Assembly (NCBI GenBank): GCA_004431415.1
Contig: QPMI01000179.1
Coordinates: 1 to 64,000, forward strand
DNA from: Cyanophora paradoxa CCMP329
Lineage: Eukaryota; Plantae; Glaucophyta
Direction: 5' to 3'
Length of the DNA stretch: 64,000 nucleotides
A model generated the notes under the pieces. It was not told where the DNA came from and made no database searches. It was given only the letters and a program-made list of their open reading frames with translations. Within the stretch, counting starts at the first letter, position 1, and every line of letters starts with the position of its first letter. Shown piece by piece: positions 1 through 10,374 of this stretch. Made by a program: the position numbers and the translations under genes.

Positions 1-3000
1 GGAGATTTGGGGTGCATCTTTCTTCTATTTTGTGGCAGATCGGAAACCTGGGGCCTTGACTGAGTGACTTGCTGGGAGGGTCATCTGCCTAAGGCTAGCG
101 CCTTGTGCATATTCCCCCAGAGAGATTTGGGGTGCATCTTTCTTCTATTTTGTGGCAGATCGGAAACCTGGGGCCTTTGACTGAGTGACTTGCTGGTGGG
201 TGGGTCATCTGCCTAAGGCTAGCGCCTTGTGCATATTCCCCCAGAGAGATTTGGGGTGCATCTTTCTTCTATTTTGTGGCAGATCGGAAACCTGGGGCCT
301 TCGACTGAGTGACTTGCTGGTGGGTGGGTCATCTGCCTAAGGCTAGCGCCTTGTGCATATTCCCCCAGAGAGATTTGGGGTGCATCTTCTTCTATTTTGT
401 GGCAGATCGGAAACCTGGGGCCTTTGACTGAGTGACTTGCTGGTGGGTGGGTCATCTGCCTAAGGCTAGCGCCTTGTGCATATTCCCCCAGAGAGATTTG
501 GGTGCATCTTTCTTCTATTTTGTGGCAGATCGGAAACCTGGGGCCTTCGACTGAGTGACTTGCTGGTGGGTGGGTCATCTGCCTAAGGCTAGCGCCTTGT
601 GCATATTCCCCAGAGAGATTTGGGTGCATCTTCTTCTATTTTTGGCAGATCGGAAACCTGGGGCTTTGACTGAGTGACTTGCTGGTGGGTGGGTCATCTG
701 CCTAAGGCTAGCGCCTTGTGCATATTCCCCAGAGAGATTTGGGTGCATCTTTTCTATTTTTGGCAGATCGGAAACCTGGGGCCTTGACTGAGTGACTTGC
801 TGGTGGTGGGTCATCTGCCTAAGGCTAGCGCCTTGTGCATATTCCCCAGAGAGATTTGGGTGCATCTTCTTCTATTTTGTGGCAGATCGGAAACCTGGGG
901 CCTTCGACTGAGTGACTTGCTGGTGGGTGGGTCATCTGCCTAAGGCTAGCGCCTTGTGCATATTCCCCAGAGAGATTTGGGGTGCATCCTTCTTCTATTT
1001 TGTGGCAGATCGGAAACCTGGGGCCTTCGACTGAGTGACTTGCTGGTGGTGGGTCATCTGCCTAAGGCTAGCGCCTTGTGCATATTCCCCCAGAGAGATT
1101 TGGGTGCATCCTTCTTCTATTTTGTGGCAGATCGGAAACCTGGGGCCTCTGACTGAGTGACTTGCTGGTGGGTGGGTCATCTGCCTAAGGCTAGCGCCTT
1201 GTGCATATTCCCCAGAGAGATTTGGGGTGCATCTTCTTCTATTTTGTGGCAGATCGGAAACCTGGGGCCTTGACTGAGTGACTTGCTGGTGGGTGGGTCA
1301 TCTGCCTAAGGCTAGCGCCTTGTGCATATTCCCCAGAGAGATTTGGGTGCATCTTCTTCTATTTTGTGGCAGATCGGAAACCTGGGGCCTTGACTGAGTG
1401 ACTTGCTGGTGGGTGGGTCATCTGCCTAAGGCTAGCGCCTTGTGCATATTCCCCAGAGAGATTTGGGTGCATCTTCTTCTATTTTGTGGCAGATCGGAAA
1501 CCTGGGGCCTTGACTGAGTGACTTGCTGGTGGGTGGGTCATCTGCCTAAGGCTAGCGCCTTGTGCATATTCCCCAGAGAGATTTGGGGTGCATCTTTCTT
1601 CTATTTTGTGGCAGATCGGAAACCTGGGGCCTTCGACTGAGTGACTTGCTGGTGGTGGGTCATCTGCCTAAGGCTAGCGCCTTGTGCATATTCCCCAGAG
1701 AGATTTGGGTGCATCTTTCTTCTATTTTGTGGCAGATCGGAAACCTGGGGCCTTGACTGAGTGACTTGCTGGTGGGTGGGTCATCTGCCTAAGGCTAGCG
1801 CCTTGTGCATATTCCCCAGAGAGATTTGGGTGCATCTTCTTCTATTTTGTGGCAGATCGGAAACCTGGGGCCTTGACTGAGTGACTTGCTGGTGGGTGGG
1901 TCATCTGCCTAAGGCTAGCGCCTTGTGCATATTCCCCAGAGAGATTTGGGTGCATCTTCTTCTATTTTGTGGCAGATCGGAAACCTGGGGCCTTGACTGA
2001 GTGACTTGCTGGTGGGTGGGTCATCTGCCTAAGGCTAGCGCCTTGTGCATATTCCCCAGAGAGATTTGGGGTGCATCTTTCTTCTATTTTGTGGCAGATC
2101 GGAAACCTGGGGCCTTGACTGAGTGACTTGCTGGTGGGTGGGTCATCTGCCTAAGGCTAGCGCCTTGTGCATATTCCCCAGAGAGATTTGGGTGCATCTT
2201 CTTCTATTTTGTGGCAGATCGGAAACCTGGGGCCTTGACTGAGTGACTTGCTGGTGGGTGGGTCATCTGCCTAAGGCTAGCGCCTTGTGCATATTCCCCA
2301 GAGAGATTTGGGTGCATCTTCTTCTATTTTGTGGCAGATCGGAAACCTGGGGCCTTCGACTGAGTGACTTGCTGGTGGGTGGGTCATCTGCCTAAGGCTA
2401 GCGCCTTGTGCATATTCCCCAGAGAGATTTGGGTGCATCTTTCTTCTATTTTGTGGCAGATCGGAAACCTGGGGCCTTGACTGAGTGACTTGCTGGTGGG
2501 TGGGTCATCTGCCTAAGGCTAGCGCCTTGTGCATATTCCCCAGAGAGATTTGGGTGCATCTTTCTTCTATTTTGTGGCAGATCGGAAACCTGGGGCCTTG
2601 ACTGAGTGACTTGCTGGTGGGTGGGTCATCTGCCTAAGGCTAGCGCCTTGTGCATATTCCCCAGAGAGATTTGGGTGCATCTTCTTCTATTTTGTGGCAG
2701 ATCGGAAACCTGGGGCCTTGACTGAGTGACTTGCTGGTGGGTGGGTCATCTGCCTAAGGCTAGCGCCTTGTGCATATTCCCCCAGAGAGATTTGGGTGCA
2801 TCTTCTTCTATTTTGTGGCAGATCGGAAACCTGGGCCTTGACTGAGTGACTTGCTGGTGGGTGGGTCATCTGCCTAAGGCTAGCGCCTTGTGCATATTCC
2901 CCAGAGAGATTTGGGTGCATCTTCTTCTATTTTGTGGCAGATCGGAAACCTGGGGCCTCTGACTGAGTGACTTGCTGGTGGGTGGGTCATCTGCCTAAGG

Positions 3001-6000
3001 CTAGCGCCTTGTGCATATTCCCCCAGAGAGATTTGGGGTGCATCCTTCTTCTATTTTGTGGCAGATCGGAAACCTGGGGCCTTCGACTGAGTGACTTGCT
3101 GGTGGGTGGGTCATCTGCCTAAGGCTAGCGCCTTGTGCATATTCCCCAGAGAGATTTGAGGTGCATCCTTCTTCTATTTTGTGGCAGATCGGAAACCTGG
3201 GGCCTTCGACTGAGTGACTTGCTGGTGGGTGGGTCATCTGCCTAAGGCTAGCGCCTTGTGCATATTCCCCCAGAGAGATTTGGGGTGCATCCTTCTTCTA
3301 TTTTGTGGCAGATCGGAAACCTGGGGCCTTGACTGAGTGACTTGCTGGTGGGTGGGTCATCTGCCTAAGGCTAGCGCCTTGTGCATATTCCCCCAGAGAG
3401 ATTTGGGGTGCATCCTTCTTCTATTTTGTGGCAGATCGGAAACCTGGGGCCTTTGACTGAGTGACTTGCTGGTGGGTGGGTCATCTGCCTAAGGCTAGCG
3501 CCTTGTGCATATTCCCCAGAGAGATTTGGGGTGCATCTTTCTTCTATTTTGTGGCAGATCGGAAACCTGGGCCTTGACTGAGTGACTTGCTGGTGGGTGG
3601 GTCATCTGCCTAAGGCTAGCGCCTTGTGCATATTCCCCAGAGAGATTTGAAGTGCATCTTCTTCTATTTTGTGGCAGATGGAAACCTGGGGCCTTCGACT
3701 GAGTGACTTGCTGGTGGGTGGGTCATCTGCCTAAGGCTAGCGCCTTGTGCATATTCCCCCAGAGAGATTTGGGTGCATCTTTCTTCTATTTTGTGGCAGA
3801 TCGGAAACCTGGGCCTTGACTGAGTGACTTGCTGGTGGGTGGGTCATCTGCCTAAGGCTAGCGCCTTGTGCATATTCCCCAGAGAGATTTGGGTGCATCT
3901 TCTTCTATTTTGTGGCAGATCGGAAACCTGGGGCCTTGACTGAGTGACTTGCTGGTGGGTGGGTCATCTGCCTAAGGCTAGCGCCTTGTGCATATTCCCC
4001 AGAGAGATTTGGGTGCATCTTTCTTCTATTTTGTGGCAGATCGGAAACCTGGGGCCTTCGACTGAGTGACTTGCTGGTGGGTGGGTCATCTGCCTAAGGC
4101 TAGCGCCTTGTGCATATTCCCCAGAGAGATTTGGGTGCATCTTCTTCTATTTTTGGCAGATCGAAACCTGGGCCTTGACTGAGTGACTTGCTGGTGGTGG
4201 GTCATCTGCCTAAGGCTAGCGCCTTGTGCATATTCCCCAGAGAGATTTGGGTGCATCTTCTTCTATTTTGTGGCAGATCGGAAACCTGGGGCTTGACTGA
4301 GTGACTTGCTGGTGGGTGGGTCATCTGCCTAAGGCTAGCGCCTTGTGCATATTCCCCAGAGAGATTTGGGTGCATCTTTCTTCTATTTTGTGGCAGATCG
4401 GAAACCTGGGGCCTTGACTGAGTGACTTGCTGGTGGGTGGGTCATCTGCCTAAGGCTAGCGCCTTGTGCATATTCCCCAGAGAGATTTGAGTGCATCTTC
4501 TTCTATTTTTGGCAGATCGGAAACCTGGGCCTTCGACTGAGTGACTTGCTGGTGGTGGGTCATCTGCCTAAGGCTAGCGCCTTGTGCATATTCCCCAGAG
4601 AGATTTGGGTGCATCTTTCTTCTATTTTGTGGCAGATCGGAAACCTGGGGCCTCTGACTGAGTGACTTGCTTGTGGGTGGGTCATCTGCCTAAGGCTAGC
4701 GCCTTGTGCATATTCCCCCAGAGAGATTTGGGGTGCATCTTTCTTCTATTTTGTGGCAGATCGGAAACCTGGGGCTTCGACTGAGTGACTTGCTGGTGGT
4801 GGGTCATCTGCCTAAGGCTAGCGCCTTGTGCATATTCCCCAGAGAGATTTGGTGCATCTTCTTCTATTTTGTGGCAGATCGGAAACCTGGGCCTTCGACT
4901 GAGTGACTTGCTGGGGTGGGTCATCTGCCTAAGGCTAGCGCCTTGTGCATATTCCCCCAGAGAGATTTGGGTGCATCTTCTTCTATTTTGTGCAGATCGG
5001 AACCTGGGCTTGACTGAGTGACTTGCTGGTGGGTGGGTCATCTGCCTAAGGCTAGCGCCTTGTGCATATTCCCCAGAGAGATTTGGGGTGCATCTTTCTT
5101 CTATTTTGTGGCAGATCGGAAACCTTGGGCCTTCGACTGAGTGACTTGCTGGTGGGTGGGTCATCTGCCTAAGGCTAGCGCCTTGTGCATATTCCCCAGA
5201 GAGATTTGGGTGCATCTTTCTTCTATTTTGTGCAGATCGGAAACCTGGGGCTTGACTGAGTGACTTGCTGGTGGGTGGGTCATCTGCCTAAGGCTAGCGC
5301 CTTGTGCATATTCCCCCAGAGAGATTTGGGGTGCATCTTTCTTCTATTTTGTGGCAGATCGGAAACCTGGGGCCTTCGACTGAGTGACTTGCTGGTGGGT
5401 GGGTCATCTGCCTAAGGCTAGCGCCTTGTGCATATTCCCCCAGAGAGATTTGGGGTGCATCCTTCTTCTATTTTTGGCAGATTGGAAACCTGGGGCCTTC
5501 GACTGAGTGACTTGCTGGTGGGTGGGTCATCTGCCTAAGGCTAGCGCCTTGTGCATATTCCCCCAGAGAGATTTGAAGTGCATCCTTCTTCTATTTTCTG
5601 GTAGATCGGAAACCTGGCGCCTTCCACTGAGTGACTGGTGGCGTGGGTCATCTGCCTAAGGCTAGCACCTTGTGCATATTCCCCAGAGAGATTTGGGGTG
5701 CATCTTTCTTCTTTTTGTGCAGATCGGAACCTGGGGCTTGACTGAGTGACTTGCTTTTGGGAGGGTCATCTGCCTAGGGCTAGCGCCTTGTGCATATTCC
5801 CCCAGAGAGATTTGGGGTGCATCTTTCTTCTATTTTGTCACAGATCGGAAATCTGGGGCGTTGGACTGAGTGACTTGCTGGTGGGTGGGTCATCTGCCTA
5901 AGGCTAGCGCCTTGTGCATATTCCCCCAGAGAGATGTGAAGTGCATCTTTCTTCTATTTTGTGGCAGATCGGAACCTGGGGCGTTGGACTGAGTGACTTG

Positions 6001-7455
6001 CTTTTGGGAGGGTCATCGGCCTAAGGCTAGCGCCTTGTGCATATTCCCCCAGAGAAATTCGGGGTGCATCTTTCTTCTATTTTGTCACATATCGGAAATC
6101 TGGGGCGTTGGACTGAGTGACTTGCTGGTGGGTGGGTCATCTGCCTAAGGCTAGCGCCTTGTGCATATTCCCCCAGAGAAATTTGGGGTGCATCTTTCTT
6201 CTATTTTGTCACAGATCGGAAATCTGGGGCGTTGGACTGAGTGACTTGCTGGTGGGTGGGTCATCTGCCTAAGGCTAGCGCCTTGTGCATATTCCCCCAG
6301 AGAAATTTGGGGTGCATCTTTCTTCTATTTTGTCACAGATCGGAAATCTGGGGCGTTGGACTGAGTGACTTGCTGGTGGGTGGGTCATCTGCCTAAGGCT
6401 AGCGCCTTGTGCATATTCCCCCTGCGAGATTTGGGGTGCATCTTTCTTCTATTTTCTGGCAGATTGGAAACCTGGGGCCTTCGACTGAGTGACTTGCTGG
6501 TGGGTGGGTCATCTGCCTAAGGCTAGCGCCTTGTGCATATTCCCCCAGAGAGATTTGGGGTGCATCTTTCTTCTATTTTGTGGCAGATCGGAACCTGGGG
6601 CGTTGGACTGAGTGACTTGCTTTTGGGAGGGTCATCTGCCTAGGGCTAGGGCCTTGTGCATATTCCCCCAGAGAGATTTGGGGTGCATCTTTCTTCGATT
6701 TTGTGGCAGATCGGAAACCTGGGGCCTTTGACTGGGTGACTTGCAGGTGGGTGGGCATCTGCCTAAGGCTAGCGCCTTGTGCATATTCCCCCAGGGAGAT
6801 TTGGGGTGCATCTTTCTTCTATTTTCTGGCAGATCGGAAACCTGGGGCCTTCGACTGAGTGACTTGGTGGCAGGTGGGTCATTTGCCTAAGGCTAGAGCC
6901 TTGTGCATGTTCCCGGAGATATTTGGGGTGCATCTTTCTTCTTTTTTGTGGCAGATCGGAAACCTGGGGTTTTTGATTGAGTGACTTGCTTTTGGGAGGG
7001 TCATCTGCCTAAGGCTAGAGCCTTGTGCATATTCCCCCAGAGAGATGTGAAGTGCATCTCTCATCTATTTTGTGGCAGATCGGAACCTGGGGCGTTGGAC
7101 TGGGTGACTTGCTTTTGGGAGGGTCATCTGCCTAAGGCTAGCGCCTTGGGCATATTCCCCAGAGAGATATTTGGGGTGCATCTTTCTTCTTTTTTGTGGC
7201 AGATCGGAAACCTGGGGTTTTTGATTGAGTGACTTGCTTTTGGGAGGGTCATCTGCCTAAGGCTAGAGCCTTGTGCATATTCCCCCAGAGAGATGTGAAG
7301 TGCATCTTTCTTCTATTTTGTGGCAGATCGGAACCTGGGGCGTTGGATTGAGTGACTTGCTGGTGGGTGGGTCATCTGCCTAAGGCTAGCGCCTTGTGCA
7401 TATTTCCCCAGAGAAATTTGGGGTGCATCTTTCTTCTATTTTGTGGCTCGGAAAC
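1..7455 (+). repeat. SatA tandem satellite, ~120-124 bp monomer, ~60 copies
   Basis: The monomer gagagatttggggtgcatctttcttctattttgtggcagatcggaaacctggggccttcgactgagtgacttgctggtgggtgggtcatctgcctaaggctagcgccttgtgcatattccccca repeats head-to-tail from the window start. Confidence 0.98.
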
Positions 7456-9167
7456 ACCAGCAAGTCACTCAGTTGAAGGCCCCAGGTTTCTGATCCGCCA
7501 CAAAATAGAAGAAAGATGCACCCCAAATCTCTCTGGGGGAATATGCACAAGGCTCTAGCCTTAGGCAGATGACCCACCCACCAGCAAGTCACTCAGTCAA
7601 AGGCCCCAGGTTTCTGATCCGCCACAAAATAGAAGAAGGATGCACCCCAAATCTCTCTGGGGGAATATGCACAAGGCTCTAGCCTTAGGCAGATGACCCA
7701 CCCACCAGCAAGTCACTCAGTTGAAGGCCCCAGGTTTCTGATCCGCCACAAAATAGAAGAAAGATGCACCCCAAATCTCTCTGGGGGAATATGCACAAGG
7801 CTCTAGCCTTAGGCAGATGACCCACCCACCAGCAAGTCACTCAGTTGAAGGCCCCAGGCTTCTGATCCGCCACAAAATAGAAGAAAGATGCACCCCAAAT
7901 TTCTCTGGGGGAATATGCACAAGGCTCTAGCCTTAGGCAAATGACCCACCCGCCAGCAAGTCACTCAGTCGAAGGCCCCAGGTTTCTGATCCGCCACAAA
8001 ATAGAAGAAAGATGCACTTCAAATTTCTCTGGGGGAATATGCACAAGGCGCTAGCCTTAGGCAGATGACCCACCCACCAGCAAGTCACTCAGTCGAAGGC
8101 CCAAGGTTTCCGATCTGCCAGAAAATAGAAGAAAGATGCACCCCAAATCTCTCTGGGGGAATATGCACAAGGCGCTAGCCTTAGGCAGATGACCCACCTA
8201 CCAGCAAGTCACTCAGTTGAAGGCCCCAGGTTTCTGATCCGCCACAAAATAGAAGAAAGATGCACTTCAAATTTCTCTGAGGGAATATGCACAAGGCTCT
8301 AGCCTTAGGCAAATGACCCACCCGCCAGCAAGTCACTCAGTTGAAGGCCCCAGGTTTCCGCTCTGCCACAAAATAGAAGAAAGATGCACCCCAAATCTCT
8401 TTGGGTGAATATGCACAAGGCGCTAGTCTTAGGCAGATGACCCACCCACCAGCAAGTCACTCAGTTGAAGGCCCCAGGTTTCTGATCCGCCACAAAATAG
8501 AAGAAAGATGCACCCCAAATCTCTTGCTGGCGTGGGCGTGTCTTTTACTTGCTCTCTCTCTCTCTCTCTGGGGGAATATGCACAAGGCTCTAGCCTTACG
8601 CAGATGACCCACCCACCAGCAAGTCACTCAGTTGAAGGCCCCAGGCTTCTGATCCGCCACACAATAGAAGAATGATGCACCCCAAATCTCTCTGGGTGAA
8701 TATGCACAAGGCGCTAGCCTTAGGCAGATGACCCACCCACCCACAAGTCACTAAATCAAAAGCCCCAGGTTTCCAATCTGCCAGAAAATAGAAGAAAGAT
8801 GCACCCCAAATCTCTCTGGGGAATATGCACAAGGTGCTAGCCTTAGGCAGATGACCCACCCACCCACAAGTCACTAAATCAAAAGCCCCAGGTTTCCAAT
8901 CTGCCAGAAAATAGAAGAAACATGCACCCCAAATCTCTCTGGGGGAATATGCACAAGGCGCTAGCCTTAGGCAGATGACCCACCCACCCGCAAGTCACTC
9001 AGTCAAAGGCCCCAGGTTTCCAATCTGCCAGAAAAAAGAAGAAAGATGCACCCCAAATCTCTCTGGGGGAATATGCCCAAGGCGCTAGCCGTAGGAAGAT
9101 GACCCACCCACCTACAAGTCACTAAATCAAAAGCCACTTCACATCTCTCTGGGGGAATATGCACAAG
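7456..9167 (-). repeat. SatA array in inverted orientation, ~14 copies
   Basis: Reverse-complement monomers (accagcaagtcactcag...gcacaagg) start abruptly after ...gtggctcggaaac at ~7455. Confidence 0.97.
8524..8566 (+). mobile_element. ~40-bp retroposed insert with (CT)n tail inside a SatA monomer
   Basis: tgctggcgtgggcgtgtcttttacttg(ct)n interrupts aaatctctctggggg; related cores occur at ~46032 and 49497-49532. Confidence 0.6.
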
Positions 9168-9323
9168 GGGTCCCCACCCACACAAAACAGTGTGCAGGGA
9201 GCCCTGGGGTGTTCCAGAGCACTCTGTCAGGTTCAAATGAGGAGAATGGGTGTCTCTTTACGGGGTTCTTGTTTCAAGTCAGCGCTCTCCCTGTTGTCCC
9301 CCAAAACTTCACAGGGGTCCACC
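9162..9323 (+). repeat. SatB monomer joined directly to SatA
   Basis: ggggtccccacccacacaaaacagtgtgcagggagccctggggtgttccagagcactctgtcagg matches the 42906-44943 array (reverse complement). Confidence 0.9.
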
Positions 9324-9597
9324 TTGAACAAGAGAAATTAAAGTCTCAAATGCAATTGGAATCCCAGAGCAAGGCAATGACACCTTGGTTTGGTGGGTTG
9401 TTTATATTTTGTTTAAACTAATACTGGTAGCAAAATGAGTATAAGTGTTTGTATCTGTTCTCATACATGTAAAGAACACCCTTTAATCACCTGATACAGG
9501 AGCTGTAAATTGTGTGGTTGAAAAGTTTCCCTCATTGTTTACAAAATAAGCTCCACCTGTAAAGGAAACTGCTGTTCCAGTCGCAAGTGTTATTGTG
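9320..9597 (-). pseudogene. Decayed C1q-like (virus fibre tip) domain fragment
   Basis: Manual translation gives GAYFVNNEGNFSTTQFTAPVSGD*RGVLY...ETLISLVQG, matching the C1q signature N..G.F....FTAP..G.Y and the copy at 45570-45870. Confidence 0.6.
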
Positions 9598-9930
9598 GGA
9601 TCTTGCAGGCATCATGGTCGGGATCTTGCAGGCATCATGATCAATTCTCATGATCATTATGAACACTGCATGCATGGGTGCTGAGATGCTTAGTGCGAGC
9701 CATATTGAAACCTAGGGCCCATATCTCATACACCCCTGAGCATGCTGCTGGGGGTTCTCAAGGGTGCTGGATTTGATTGTGAAGTCGGTTCAAGGCAGAT
9801 GCAAGTCTTTGCTGCCATGCAAATCTGCACAAATGAAGTGTTGGCAATCCCGCTATTGCTTGGCAAGGCAAGAGCACCTTTTTAGTGCTTGCCGCAATCA
9901 AAATCAAATCTAGTGCCCGTGATATAGGCC
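9598..9930 (+). repeat. SatC unit (~322 bp family)
   Basis: Homologous to 23881-24223 (reverse) and 42581-42905 (circularly permuted). Confidence 0.85.
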
Positions 9931-10063
9931 ACCCACACAAAACAGTGGGCAGGGAGAACTGGATTGTTCCAGAGCACTCAATCAGGTTTGGATGATGTGA
10001 ATGGGTGTCTCTTTACGGGGTTCTTGTTTCAAGTCAGCGCTCCCCCTGTTGTCCCCCAAAAAT
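9931..10063 (+). repeat. SatB partial monomer
   Basis: acccacacaaaacagtgggcagggagaactggattgttccagagcactc... Confidence 0.9.
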
Positions 10064-10228
10064 TCAATTGTAATTCCAATAATGATTGGTCCGCTCATTG
10101 ATCACAGCTTGATGCCGGAAATGTGCCGTGTAGGCCTGAACAAACGCAGGCCAGTCGACGCATCCCAAAGCGACTGGGTGGAAAGAGGCACAAAATCCGA
10201 AAGTGAAACTGTTTGCAATTTTCAATCT
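10064..10228 (-). pseudogene. gag: Gypsy gag fragment (lineage A)
   Basis: Translates RLKIANSF...VDWPAFVQAYTAHFRHQAVINERTNHYW, resembling ASWPDFLKQFDEYYRHKSVQRDARKKFW in the 26080 gag. Confidence 0.5.
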
Positions 10229-10374
10229 AGGCTCTAGCCTTAGGCAGATGACCCACCCACCAGCAAGTCACTCAGTTGAAGGCCCCAGGTTTCTGATCCG
10301 CCACAAAATAGAAGAAAGATGCACCCCAAATCTCTCTGGGGGAATATGCACAAGGCTCTAGCCTTAGGCAGATG
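10229..10374 (-). repeat. Isolated SatA segment (~1.2 monomers)
   Basis: Carries the same diagnostic variant (tttctgatccgcc) as the 7456-9167 block. Confidence 0.92.

Noticed and set aside
1-9167. CRISPR array or protein-coding repeat in SatA
   Set aside because: No unique spacers; the whole monomer repeats. The ORF-track peptides switch frame arbitrarily.
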